From the NCBI GenBank assembly GCA_030429765.1, contig JAUIER010000010.1:34162-98161 (forward strand): DNA of 64,000 nt, written 5' to 3'. Both the position numbers and the translations under genes were made by a program. The notes under the pieces were generated by a model, which was not told where the DNA came from, did no database searches, and saw only the letters and a program-made list of their open reading frames with translations. This document shows, one piece after another, positions 28,796-38,388 of this stretch (position 1 is the first letter of the stretch; each line of letters starts with the position of its first letter). This DNA is from a bacterium. Its GTDB lineage: Bacteria; Omnitrophota; Gorgyraeia; Zapsychrales; Zapsychraceae.

Positions 28796-29763
28796 ATATC
28801 TATAATCCCACATACCATTTGATTCAAAAGTCTCACCTGGCTTCGGCGTGCGAGGATTGGCCGGAACGGGTTGCCGCCAAGTTTGATCCGCTGAGATATG
28901 GCGATTTGCCTCGCTGGCTCTCTGTCGTCGATCAATTGCCTGAAATTCAACCCTCCACCGTAGACTTCAACGCGCGGGCGATCACAATTGGCGCGTCATC
29001 CGATTGTGATGATAACACGCGCGAGCAACTCGAGCTGCTGCTGCGCGAGATGTGTCCGTGGCGTAAAGGGCCTTACAATTTGTTCGGTCTGGAGATTGAT
29101 ACCGAATGGCGTTCGGATTTAAAGTGGGACCGCTTGAAGGATCACATCAGTCCGTTGAACGATCGGTATGTCCTGGACGTGGGATGCGGGAACGGATATC
29201 ACGCCTGGCGGATGTATGGGGCGGGCGCCCAACTGGTCATCGGTGTAGATCCGACGATTCATTACGTCATGCAGTTTCAGGCGGCGCAACATTATATTCA
29301 GGAGCCGCGTGTGGCCGTACTTCCGCTCGGTATAGATGATCTGCCGGATCAGCTGCAGGGGTTTGACACGGTTTTTTCGATGGGATTACTGTATCACCGG
29401 CGTGCACCATTTGATCATTTACTTCAGCTCAAGGGTTGCCTTCGACCCGACGGTGAATTGGTGCTTGAAACCATCGTAATCGAAGGCCATGAAGGTGAGG
29501 TGCTTTCACCCCGCGGGCGATACGCCAAGATGAAGAATGTGTGGTTTATTCCTTCGGTGCCGACGTTGGAAGGCTGGTTGTCGCGCGTCGGATTCAAGGA
29601 CATCCGCACCGTCGATATCGGCCGCACCACGTCCCAAGAACAACGCGTCACTTCCTGGATCGGCTCGCAGTCGCTGGCCGATTTTTTAGATCCACAGAAT
29701 CCTCATCTGACCGTCGAAGGATATCCCGCGCCTGTCCGCGCGATTGTTGTGGCCCGGGTCTAA
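28792..29763 (+). CDS. cmoB: tRNA U34 carboxymethyltransferase CmoB
   Basis: ATGA overlap with cmoA; SAM-MT core VLDVGCGNGYH and CmoB-type length and context. Confidence 0.8.
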   Translation: MNIYNPTYHLIQKSHLASACEDWPERVAAKFDPLRYGDLPRWLSVVDQLPEIQPSTVDFNARAITIGASSDCDDNTREQLELLLREMCPWRKGPYNLFGLEIDTEWRSDLKWDRLKDHISPLNDRYVLDVGCGNGYHAWRMYGAGAQLVIGVDPTIHYVMQFQAAQHYIQEPRVAVLPLGIDDLPDQLQGFDTVFSMGLLYHRRAPFDHLLQLKGCLRPDGELVLETIVIEGHEGEVLSPRGRYAKMKNVWFIPSVPTLEGWLSRVGFKDIRTVDIGRTTSQEQRVTSWIGSQSLADFLDPQNPHLTVEGYPAPVRAIVVARV

Positions 29764-29765
29764 AC

Positions 29766-31259
29766 CTACTCCATCACAAAGTTTGTATCGAATAAATACG
29801 GATCACTGAAATGCGCATGGCCGATCAGTTTAGTCGGCTGATTATTACGCTGACGCATGTAGCCGACCTTGCTGACCCCTGATGGGAAAAATAAAAACGG
29901 TTCAAATCGGTAGGAGTCCTTCATAATCCCGTCGTCGTCAAAGACGCTTTCATACCGGCCATCGCCATGCGGTAAAGATTCCAGTTCAGCGTAGTCTTTA
30001 AGAACATAGGATTGTGTCGGGCCTTGTGGTCGACGGGCGCTCATCCGTACGATTTGATGCCAGCCGGTATTGATCTTGACTGACAGAGGCTCGTCGGGAA
30101 TACCTTCCGGGATGGTGCGGACCTTGAGAGCGTCGAGCCCCGGGACGTCGACAATGGAACGGAATTTATCGCCGCTTGGCACGTAAAAGTGGTAGCAGCC
30201 GCAGTTATTGGTTGTGTCGATCATCGCCGGATAGCCCGAATCATCCAGTGTAATCCGAATGGTCAGTCCGTCCAAATCACCCTTTTCCAACCGAGGCGCG
30301 TTGGGACCCAATCGACCCGTATACCAAATTGAATAGTTGAGCTGAAGGGCCGGCCGATCATTGATAAAAGCGTATGTCGCGTAGGTATATACGACGGGGC
30401 GCTGGGTGTTGATCGTGACCATATCGTTTCGCCACACTATTTCACCGAAGCGGTCAAAATCCTGATCGAGGTCTTGATAGATGACGGGTGCGAAGGTTTG
30501 ATAGAGTTGATCCAGCTGAAGCTCGGTTGGACGCGGTGTTCCTAATTGATCCCGCTGGATCTGGCTGTACAATCGGCCGACGCTGGCCCGGGACAATCGA
30601 TTGGCGGCCGCCAGATCGAACACGGTCATGTTGGCGATAGGATCGAAATCGTCAAAGTCTTTCTGATGCCAGGCGCGGAATTTATCGTAAGCACGGATCG
30701 TGGCCGAACGGGTGGGGATATAAAAAATCGGATAAAATCCATAGATCCGCGGCCAGATCGAGTATTGTGATCTGTCTTTGACGCTGTCGATGACGTCCGG
30801 TACGAATGCATCGACTTGCCGGTCAATCTCGAAAAGCGTCCGGAAATGTTGTTGCTGCAGATCGACCAACTGCTGTTGTGTGTAGTCAGTATTGAGTTTG
30901 ATGTTGATGTCCTGGATGTCTTCCATCGATAGGTTTTGAATTTCTTTGATGACGGACTCATCAGCCAGCTGTCGCATAGCGGTCAGCCAGTCAGCGGCTT
31001 CAGCGTCGTTGGTGACCCGATTCTTGATGGCGTTCAGGAAACGGTCGGTCCGCAGATACGGATATCCGGCCACTACAAAGTTTGACTGATCCCGCCCATT
31101 GGCTCGTCGGATCTGAGATTGAACGATTTTAGTAAAGGTCAAAGCGTCTGGCGCGAATTGAGTTCGAGAATTTTTGACCGTTGGATGCAGCGTACTGCAA
31201 CCGGAGAGGATGACCGCTAAAAAACAGGTCACTATTAACAGGTTTTTTCGGTTGGGCAT
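29766..31259 (-). CDS. large lipoprotein, function unknown
   Basis: Lipobox LSGC at N-terminus; 497 aa; no recognised family. Confidence 0.5.
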   Translation of the reverse strand: MPNRKNLLIVTCFLAVILSGCSTLHPTVKNSRTQFAPDALTFTKIVQSQIRRANGRDQSNFVVAGYPYLRTDRFLNAIKNRVTNDAEAADWLTAMRQLADESVIKEIQNLSMEDIQDINIKLNTDYTQQQLVDLQQQHFRTLFEIDRQVDAFVPDVIDSVKDRSQYSIWPRIYGFYPIFYIPTRSATIRAYDKFRAWHQKDFDDFDPIANMTVFDLAAANRLSRASVGRLYSQIQRDQLGTPRPTELQLDQLYQTFAPVIYQDLDQDFDRFGEIVWRNDMVTINTQRPVVYTYATYAFINDRPALQLNYSIWYTGRLGPNAPRLEKGDLDGLTIRITLDDSGYPAMIDTTNNCGCYHFYVPSGDKFRSIVDVPGLDALKVRTIPEGIPDEPLSVKINTGWHQIVRMSARRPQGPTQSYVLKDYAELESLPHGDGRYESVFDDDGIMKDSYRFEPFLFFPSGVSKVGYMRQRNNQPTKLIGHAHFSDPYLFDTNFVME

Positions 31260-31434
31260 AACGAATCCTTTGTGGCGGATGGTATTAGACAGGAATTTAT
31301 ACGATTGGGTAAGGTGTGAATCAAATAATTATAGAACTATTCGGACAAATATGATATAAAAAAGTTACTTTCACGAATCTTCATCGAGAAACCAATAAGT
31401 TTTTATTCCAAATACTTTCATTCAGGGAGAAAAC

Positions 31435-31836
31435 ATGATGATCAAGTCCAGCAAAATCATGATTCTATGCTTACTCGTCCTAACCCTTGGTTTAACCGGA
31501 TGTTCCGTGCAGATGGCCGGATCCATCAAGGACCCTTACGAAAATTCGACCATGGCGTATGGCCGTGATCGGTCTTTCGTGATCAGTCAGATCGGTCAGC
31601 CGATCAAAACGGACATGAAAGGTGACTCCGTCTTCGATATGTACCGGATCAAACGCAACAGCCGTGGGTGGGGATATTTTCGGGCTGTTGTGTATTCCTT
31701 CCTGGATGTCGGAACTTTCGGGTTGTGGGAGCTGATAGGTACGCCGCTGGAGCGTTTTATTCAAACCGATGAGGAAGTCACCATCGAATACGATCAGAAC
31801 CAGAAAATCCGTCAGATTCATTATCTTCAAATCTAG
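31435..31836 (+). CDS. small lipoprotein
   Basis: Lipobox LTGC; 133 aa. Confidence 0.5.
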   Translation: MMIKSSKIMILCLLVLTLGLTGCSVQMAGSIKDPYENSTMAYGRDRSFVISQIGQPIKTDMKGDSVFDMYRIKRNSRGWGYFRAVVYSFLDVGTFGLWELIGTPLERFIQTDEEVTIEYDQNQKIRQIHYLQI

Positions 31837-32054
31837 TACGTTGTGCCCAAATGCGACAATGAAGAGGTCGATGTCCGTCGTGATGTCGGTCCGATGGTGT
31901 GTGCGCCCGGGTTTGTCGGCGTCCTGTCGAGGATATCTCCATTTCTGCCCTAAAAGGGTTGTCATCGGCTAACAGAATGGTATGATAAATTTAGTCAGCG
32001 CGAAAGCATGCGTATGACCTACCGCTGGGATAAGTCAAACCAAAGGGGGAGCTT

Positions 32055-32219
32055 ATGAAGATCGGTAAAAAACCTGTCAACGTGTTTAAAGTCAAGAATC
32101 GGCGCGGGTATGCGGCGATTTGTGATGAATGTCTTACTGAAGGCGACACTAAGGAAGAGGCTATAGACCGCATGGTCAAAGCGATCGCCCGCGTTGAAAG
32201 AAAGATTCTGAAGAAATAG
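32055..32219 (+). CDS. 54-aa HicB/UPF0150-like small protein (not in supplied ORF track)
   Basis: RBS AAAGGGGGAG 5 nt upstream of ATG; MKIGKKPVNVFKVKNRRGYAAICDECLTEGDTKEEAIDRMVKAIARVERKILKK fits GY.A…GDT.EEA…EAI UPF0150/HicB-like signature. Confidence 0.45.
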   Translation: MKIGKKPVNVFKVKNRRGYAAICDECLTEGDTKEEAIDRMVKAIARVERKILKK

Positions 32220-32256
32220 ATTTTAACTCGCATATCTGATCACAAGGAGAATATCT

Positions 32257-32790
32257 ATGTTGTGTCCGCGCACCGGAGAGCCGATGAAAGAAGTCGAGAT
32301 CGGCGGAGTCAAAGTTGATGTATCGATGGGTTGTGGGGGTGTCTGGTTTGATAATTTCGAATTGCAGAAATTTGATGAACAGCATGAGTCGGCCGGCGAT
32401 GAACTCATCAAGATCATGGAGCAGTTTCATAATCCCGACGTGGATACGGAGGCCAAGATACAATGTCCGCGATGCGAATCGATCACGTTGATGCGCCGAT
32501 TTTTCAGTGTGAAGCGTCACGTCGCTATCGACGAATGCGCGCAATGCGGCGGAGTTTGGCTGGATACCGGCGAGTTGCTGACCATCCGCAAGCAGTATCC
32601 GACGGAAGAGGAGCGCAATAAGGCAGCGAGTGCCTACATTGAGGATATTTTCAAGAATGATCCGCAGATTCAGGCCATGAAGGCGGAACAGCAGGAGAGC
32701 CTGACCAAGGCCAAACGTTTCGCGCGGATGTTCCGTTTTATCTGTCCGTCCAACTATATCCCCGGCGATCAAGACTGGGGAGCCTTCTAG
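32257..32790 (+). CDS. tandem zinc-ribbon (zf-TFIIB-like) domain protein
   Basis: Two CPxxG…CxxCGGVWxD zinc-ribbon modules. Confidence 0.55.
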   Translation: MLCPRTGEPMKEVEIGGVKVDVSMGCGGVWFDNFELQKFDEQHESAGDELIKIMEQFHNPDVDTEAKIQCPRCESITLMRRFFSVKRHVAIDECAQCGGVWLDTGELLTIRKQYPTEEERNKAASAYIEDIFKNDPQIQAMKAEQQESLTKAKRFARMFRFICPSNYIPGDQDWGAF

Positions 32791-32799
32791 ACCCCAACC

Positions 32800-34467
32800 A
32801 TGCGACTGCGGCGGGTTGAGTTAATCTTTCTGTTTGCGACGTTCGTCGTCGCCGTGGCATTTCGTTTGATTCCCCGGTTGGGGATTGATCCATACTTACT
32901 CACATTTGATGCGGATATTTGGTATCGACTGTGTCTGGTCCAGTTCACCCTGGACAACGGGCACTTGCCGGTATGGGATATCCGCTATTTAGCTTACGGG
33001 CAGGTGCCATTTTGGTACACACCCGGGGCCGTGCTGATCTATGCCGGTTTGAGTCAGCTGACTCAATTGGAGCTTCCCGTCGTGGTTTCCCGGATCATGC
33101 CGTTTGTTGAATCCCTGGGATTCGTGCCATTTTATTTTCTGGCCCGTTATTTGTATGGTATTCGTGCGGCGATTGTGGCGACGGTGGTGCTTGTCCTGAC
33201 GCCATCATTCCTGTTTTGGTCATCGATTGGGACCCCGCAGGGTTTTACCATGTTCTGCATTCCGCTGGCGATCTTGCTCTGGATCACTTTTGTTCAAAAG
33301 AAGTATGTGTTCGCCAGTCAATGGCTGCATTTTCTGTCCCTGGCCCTTTTGCTGACCATCAATTTCTACACGCATCTGACGTATTTTAATACGATAATCA
33401 TTCTCTTGTTTGTGCATTTGAGTCTCGTCAGCGAAAAGATCGGACGGATGAAGCACTACGTCTGGCTGATTGGGGCGATCCTTATCAGTCAGCTGTTGAC
33501 GATCGGATGGTGGCTGCCCGGCAAACTGTATTGGTGGTGGACGACGGGGTTATCCACGTCGACCGCGTCGCCGGACCGGATCCTTTTTTTAAAACATTAT
33601 GGCACCATCAGCGCAATCCTCGGCCATGTGGCCTTTTTTGCCTTGGTCGCCATGATATTTGGACGTAAACATCGAAAGATGATGTTCTTTTTATTGCCGA
33701 TTTATTGGGCGATTTATCCGATCCTGGAATCGCATATGGAAGGAATACTGTTCATGTTCCGACGGGATGATCTGATCATGAACAATATGGTTCGCCCGAT
33801 TGAGGGTTTTCGGTTTTACAGTTTTTTAGCTCAGCCGCTGGCCTTGTGTGTGGCCTTGTGGATGGAGAGAATCCTCAACCTGAATTGGCTGTCGATCCGC
33901 CAGAATGCGCGGTCCATTGTCGCCGGATTTGTGATTGTGCTAACGCTGGTGATGTCGTGGGACTTGATTTACAAGTTTAATCTGCCGCACCGTTACCGGG
34001 AGCATATGGTGTCGCTCGAAGACATCGACGCGGCCCGTTGGTACCGGAAAAATGCCGGACCGGACGACCGGATTATCGCCGATTATTATACGGCCCAGAT
34101 GTTCAGCGGGATTTGCGCCGGACGCGTGTTGTTGGGGAGTATGTTTCCTTTAAAGGAAGCGGGACTTCCGTACATTACCGACAGCTGGCAGGTGCTGGAG
34201 GATATTCATGCTTTTTACAAGACGGAGGATATCGACAAGGTCCGTGAAATTCTCAATCGTTACGGGATCACACATGTCTTTTATTCCCGTGAATTACTGC
34301 GAAAGATTGAGTTTGTGCTCAACGGGTATGGCGATGTGGACGGATTCAAGGCCGGCGGCTACACGGATCTGCACGGCGTGGATCACACCCGGACATTCTT
34401 GAATCCGCAATTTTTTGACGTTGCGTATTCCTCGGAAAATGTTAAAATTCTATCCTTAAAACCGTAA
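32800..34467 (+). CDS. polytopic membrane protein, GT-C-fold glycosyltransferase-like (ArnT/PMT/STT3 superfamily-like)
   Basis: >=11 predicted TM helices; first periplasmic loop motif DADIWYR resembles DxD/DPxYxxR loop of GT-C enzymes; large C-terminal soluble domain. Confidence 0.35.
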   Translation: MRLRRVELIFLFATFVVAVAFRLIPRLGIDPYLLTFDADIWYRLCLVQFTLDNGHLPVWDIRYLAYGQVPFWYTPGAVLIYAGLSQLTQLELPVVVSRIMPFVESLGFVPFYFLARYLYGIRAAIVATVVLVLTPSFLFWSSIGTPQGFTMFCIPLAILLWITFVQKKYVFASQWLHFLSLALLLTINFYTHLTYFNTIIILLFVHLSLVSEKIGRMKHYVWLIGAILISQLLTIGWWLPGKLYWWWTTGLSTSTASPDRILFLKHYGTISAILGHVAFFALVAMIFGRKHRKMMFFLLPIYWAIYPILESHMEGILFMFRRDDLIMNNMVRPIEGFRFYSFLAQPLALCVALWMERILNLNWLSIRQNARSIVAGFVIVLTLVMSWDLIYKFNLPHRYREHMVSLEDIDAARWYRKNAGPDDRIIADYYTAQMFSGICAGRVLLGSMFPLKEAGLPYITDSWQVLEDIHAFYKTEDIDKVREILNRYGITHVFYSRELLRKIEFVLNGYGDVDGFKAGGYTDLHGVDHTRTFLNPQFFDVAYSSENVKILSLKP

Positions 34468-34477
34468 AGGACCAACG

Positions 34478-35200
34478 ATGGACGAACAATACAACTTGAT
34501 CGACGGCGGCATCCAGCATTCCAATCTCTTTGTGCACATGCCTATCTTCGAGGAGATCTACTATATTGGGCATCAGGAGACCAAGGTCCGCAAATACAGG
34601 GCCCTGCACGAAGATCAACCCTGCACCATGCTGGCCCTGAATATTATCCGCAAAGATGAGGATATCCTGTGGGACGCGGTTTCGGACTTTGTCAAACACA
34701 GTGTGTCAACGGCCGCGATGGGCGTGCACGGCGTCTACACATTTGATCTGCTGACGATTGATATTCACAAAGAGATCCATAACTTCAAGCAAAATGAATT
34801 CGCGACATTGATCATGAACACGGCCCGTAAACTGGCGCCCGGACAGCAACGGCTGATAAAGTATTCCACGGCGTACGGGATCCTGCAGAAATTTCTCCAT
34901 GAAGACTGGGGCAAGATCAAGTTGCTGACGTCGGTGGATGTGTTCAAGGACAAGGATTCATTTCTGGATCTGCGGGTCAAACAACTGATCAAGAACTTTG
35001 AATTTGCGCATGATCCGGGAATCCTCCTGCTCAATGATCTCAGCAAAAATCCCATCTTTAATCCGGAAGACGATGTTCAGCAGCAACGGCTTGCGAAAGT
35101 GATTGAAAAGCAGATCCCCAAGTCGATTGAGTATCCGCCCGAAGTCTATATCCAGGATAAAAGCGGGGTGAGGGAGCTGCTCTCGAATTCCGTTATTTAA
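34478..35200 (+). CDS. hypothetical cytoplasmic protein
   Basis: 240 aa, no signal peptide, no family recognised. Confidence 0.4.
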   Translation: MDEQYNLIDGGIQHSNLFVHMPIFEEIYYIGHQETKVRKYRALHEDQPCTMLALNIIRKDEDILWDAVSDFVKHSVSTAAMGVHGVYTFDLLTIDIHKEIHNFKQNEFATLIMNTARKLAPGQQRLIKYSTAYGILQKFLHEDWGKIKLLTSVDVFKDKDSFLDLRVKQLIKNFEFAHDPGILLLNDLSKNPIFNPEDDVQQQRLAKVIEKQIPKSIEYPPEVYIQDKSGVRELLSNSVI

Positions 35201-35244
35201 TAATTTTCTACCGGCCAGTCAACGCCAAACACCGGGTGGGACAA

Positions 35245-35273
35245 TTGACACCATTTGGCATTTATGCTAGTTT
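35245..35273 (+). promoter_or_regulatory. putative sigma70 promoter for ileS operon (TTGACA-17-TAGTTT)
   Basis: -35 35245-35250; -10 35268-35273. Confidence 0.4.
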
Positions 35274-35314
35274 AGCCTTCGACTTTTCCACTAATCTTTA
35301 CTCTTATATTAGCC

Positions 35315-38122
35315 ATGAATTACAGAGATACGCTTAACCTACCAAAAACTGATTTTTCTATGCGGGCCGGTCTGGCCAAGAAGGAGCCTGAATATCTCGG
35401 TCAATGGGCCGATTCCGGGCTGTACGAGGCCATTAAAAAGAAATCGCACGGCAAGCCGTCATTTATTCTTCACGATGGCCCGCCGTATGCCAATGGGCAT
35501 ATTCATATCGGTCACGCCCTCAACAAGATTCTCAAAGATTTTATCGTGAAATATAAAACCATGGAAGGTTTCGACACCAGCTATGTGCCGGGGTGGGATT
35601 GTCATGGGTTGCCGATCGAGCACAAACTGCTTAAGGAGCGAAAGCAGAAGAAACAGGACGTTGATCCGGTCGAATTCCGCAAAGATGCGCACAAGTACGC
35701 GATGGACAATATCGATATCCAGCGCGATGAGTTCAAGCGATTGGGTGTCTTCGGCGAATGGGACCATCCGTATTTGACGCTCGATCCCAACTATGAATAC
35801 TGGATTATCAAATCCTTGTCAGAGCTTACCAAAAAGGGATATATCTATCGCGGATCCAAGCCGGTGAACTGGTGTTTTGATTGTGAGACGGCGCTGGCCG
35901 AGGCCGAGGTCGAGTACGAAGATCATGTATCCAAGTCGGTGTATGTAAAATTTGAAGTGACGAATCCAGAGGTGTTATCGGACCTGCCGGATAAGAAATT
36001 GTCACTGGTGATCTGGACCACAACACCGTGGACGCTCATTGCCAATGTGGCTGTTTCGGTGCACGGCGCATTTCAATATGATGTCATTGATACCGGTGAC
36101 GATTTGTTGATCGTGGAACAGACGCTGGCGTCCAGCGTTCTGGCCAAGGCCGGTATCGACAACACACAAACGGTCGCGACGCTGACAGGGGATCAATTAT
36201 CCCAGTTACTGTATAGACATCCGTTCAGCGGGAAGCCGGACTGTCGGGTGGTGCAGGCCGATTATGTCACCAAGGAAGATGGGACCGGACTGGTCCATAC
36301 CGCGCCGGGACACGGAGCCGATGACTTCGAAACCGGTTTGCAGTACAAGCTCGACGTGATCATGCCGGTCAATGACCGCGGTGTTTACAAGGAAGGACCA
36401 TACACCGGTGAGCATGTGTTCAAGGCCAATCCCAAAATTATCGATGACTTGAATGAACGTGGTGTGCTGTTGGCCCAGAGCGATTTGAATCATTCGTATC
36501 CGCATTGCTGGCGTTGTAAAAAACCGATTATCTTCCGTGCCACTCAGCAGTGGTTTGTGAAGATCGATCACGACAATCTGCGTGCCCGCGCCAAGGAGAT
36601 TATTGCCTCCAAAGTCAAGTGGGTTCCCGAGGCTGGTGAGGAACGGATCACGGCGATGGTTGCTGGACGTCCGGACTGGTGTATTTCCCGTCAACGGTAT
36701 TGGGGCGTTCCAATCCCGGCATTGAGGATCAAATCCACCGACGAGGTTAAGCTCTATCCGGAAGTCATTGACCATGTGGCCGATATTGTCCGGAAGGAAG
36801 GCACGGACGTCTGGTTTGAAAAGGACGTCAGTGAATTAATCCCTCTAGGATTCAAGGATCCGGACACCGGTGCGGATGATTTTGAAAAGACATATGATAT
36901 TCTGGATGTCTGGTTTGATTCAGGTGTGAGTTGTCAGGCGGTGGTGAAAGATATGATCAAGGCGGACTTGCCGGCTGATCTGTATCTGGAAGGATCTGAT
37001 CAGCATCGCGGCTGGTTTCAATCATCATTGATTCCGGCGGTAGCCATGGAAGGGATTGCTCCGTTTAAAGAAGTTTTGACGCATGGATTTGTCGTCGACG
37101 GACAGGGACGAAAGATGTCAAAGTCATTGGGGAATGTGATCGCGCCGCAGGAAATCTATCAAACCAATGGTGCTGATATTTTGCGGCTATGGGTGGCCTC
37201 GAGTTCTTACAATGAAGACATTCGCTGCTCCAAGGAAGTGCTTGGCCAATTGGTTGACGCGTATCGAAAGATCCGAAATACGATCCGTTATTTTCTAAGC
37301 AATCTGTATGATTTTGATCCCAACACGGAAATGGTTGAGTATGACAAATTGATGGACCTTGACAAGTGGGCGCTCAATCGATTGAGTGAAGTGTCCGACG
37401 AGGTCCGGCAAAAATTCAAGTCGTACGAATTTTCACGTGTGTACAAAACGATCTATACGTTCTGCAACGAAGAATTGTCGAACTTTTATCTGGATATTCT
37501 CAAGGACCGTTTATATGTCAAGGCGGCCAACAGTGAAAAGCGCAAAGCCGCGCAGACGGCCTTGTACCATATTCTAAATCATCTCGTCCGTCTTTTGACG
37601 CCGATTATTCCATTCACGAGTGAAGAAGTGTTTCAGACCATGCCGAAAGACCGGTCGATGAAAGATGTTCAAAGTGTTCACTTGCTCGAATTTCTTGACG
37701 TAGATCCGCAGTGGAAGAATGCGCGTATCTCCGAGTATTTTGATCTGTTGATCCGCTTGAGACCATTGGTCCTCAAGGCCCTGGAAGACCGTCGTTCCGC
37801 CGGAGAGATCGGCAGTTCGCTGGAGGCGAAAGTGGTGTTTAACTCGGCCAGTGACCGGGATCTGACCTACCTGTCGCAATTCGGAGATGATTTGGCGGAT
37901 ATGTTTATTGTGTCACAGGCCGAAGTGCACAAGGTTGATTCCGTGGCAAAAGGTGCCAGCGAGATGTTTGCCCAGACCGAGATCGTGATCCACAAAGCGG
38001 ACGGCAAGAAATGCGAACGTTCATGGAAGTACAGCGCCGATGTCGGATCTGATGCGGATCATCCGACCTTGTCGGCTGAGTCTGCGCAAATTGTCCGCGA
38101 TATTCTCAGTAATCAGCCATAA
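35315..38122 (+). CDS. ileS: isoleucine--tRNA ligase
   Basis: HIGH (HIGHAL), KMSKS (KMSKSLGN), CWRC zinc site, 935 aa. Confidence 0.95.
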   Translation: MNYRDTLNLPKTDFSMRAGLAKKEPEYLGQWADSGLYEAIKKKSHGKPSFILHDGPPYANGHIHIGHALNKILKDFIVKYKTMEGFDTSYVPGWDCHGLPIEHKLLKERKQKKQDVDPVEFRKDAHKYAMDNIDIQRDEFKRLGVFGEWDHPYLTLDPNYEYWIIKSLSELTKKGYIYRGSKPVNWCFDCETALAEAEVEYEDHVSKSVYVKFEVTNPEVLSDLPDKKLSLVIWTTTPWTLIANVAVSVHGAFQYDVIDTGDDLLIVEQTLASSVLAKAGIDNTQTVATLTGDQLSQLLYRHPFSGKPDCRVVQADYVTKEDGTGLVHTAPGHGADDFETGLQYKLDVIMPVNDRGVYKEGPYTGEHVFKANPKIIDDLNERGVLLAQSDLNHSYPHCWRCKKPIIFRATQQWFVKIDHDNLRARAKEIIASKVKWVPEAGEERITAMVAGRPDWCISRQRYWGVPIPALRIKSTDEVKLYPEVIDHVADIVRKEGTDVWFEKDVSELIPLGFKDPDTGADDFEKTYDILDVWFDSGVSCQAVVKDMIKADLPADLYLEGSDQHRGWFQSSLIPAVAMEGIAPFKEVLTHGFVVDGQGRKMSKSLGNVIAPQEIYQTNGADILRLWVASSSYNEDIRCSKEVLGQLVDAYRKIRNTIRYFLSNLYDFDPNTEMVEYDKLMDLDKWALNRLSEVSDEVRQKFKSYEFSRVYKTIYTFCNEELSNFYLDILKDRLYVKAANSEKRKAAQTALYHILNHLVRLLTPIIPFTSEEVFQTMPKDRSMKDVQSVHLLEFLDVDPQWKNARISEYFDLLIRLRPLVLKALEDRRSAGEIGSSLEAKVVFNSASDRDLTYLSQFGDDLADMFIVSQAEVHKVDSVAKGASEMFAQTEIVIHKADGKKCERSWKYSADVGSDADHPTLSAESAQIVRDILSNQP

Positions 38123-38139
38123 TCAGGCAAGGGATTCTG

Positions 38140-38388
38140 ATGATCTATTCGATTCTCAAAGGATTGTTCATTTGGCCGATCCGTGTCTATCAACAGACAT
38201 TGTCGGCCTTTTTTCCGCCGACGTGCCGGCACATGCCGACATGTTCGCAGTATATGATTCAGGCGATTGAAGAACATGGTGTGTGGCGCGGACTCGGACT
38301 GGGAATCAAGCGGATCCTCACCTGTCATCCATTCGGACGGCATGGATATGATCCCGTGCCATCAAAGGAGTCATCCCGTGTCGCTTAA
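38140..38388 (+). CDS. yidD: membrane protein insertion efficiency factor YidD
   Basis: CRHMPTCSQY…LTCHPFGRHGYDPVP YidD signature. Confidence 0.85.
   Translation: MIYSILKGLFIWPIRVYQQTLSAFFPPTCRHMPTCSQYMIQAIEEHGVWRGLGLGIKRILTCHPFGRHGYDPVPSKESSRVA

Noticed and set aside
35201-35314. T-box leader upstream of ileS
   Set aside because: The leader is only ~114 nt and lacks a T-box consensus and an antiterminator. A plain sigma70 promoter fits better.
38267-38377. Upstream extension of the cysS ORF through yidD
   Set aside because: It overlaps yidD in another frame. A GTG at 38378 preceded by AAAGGAG gives the canonical CysRS N-terminus.
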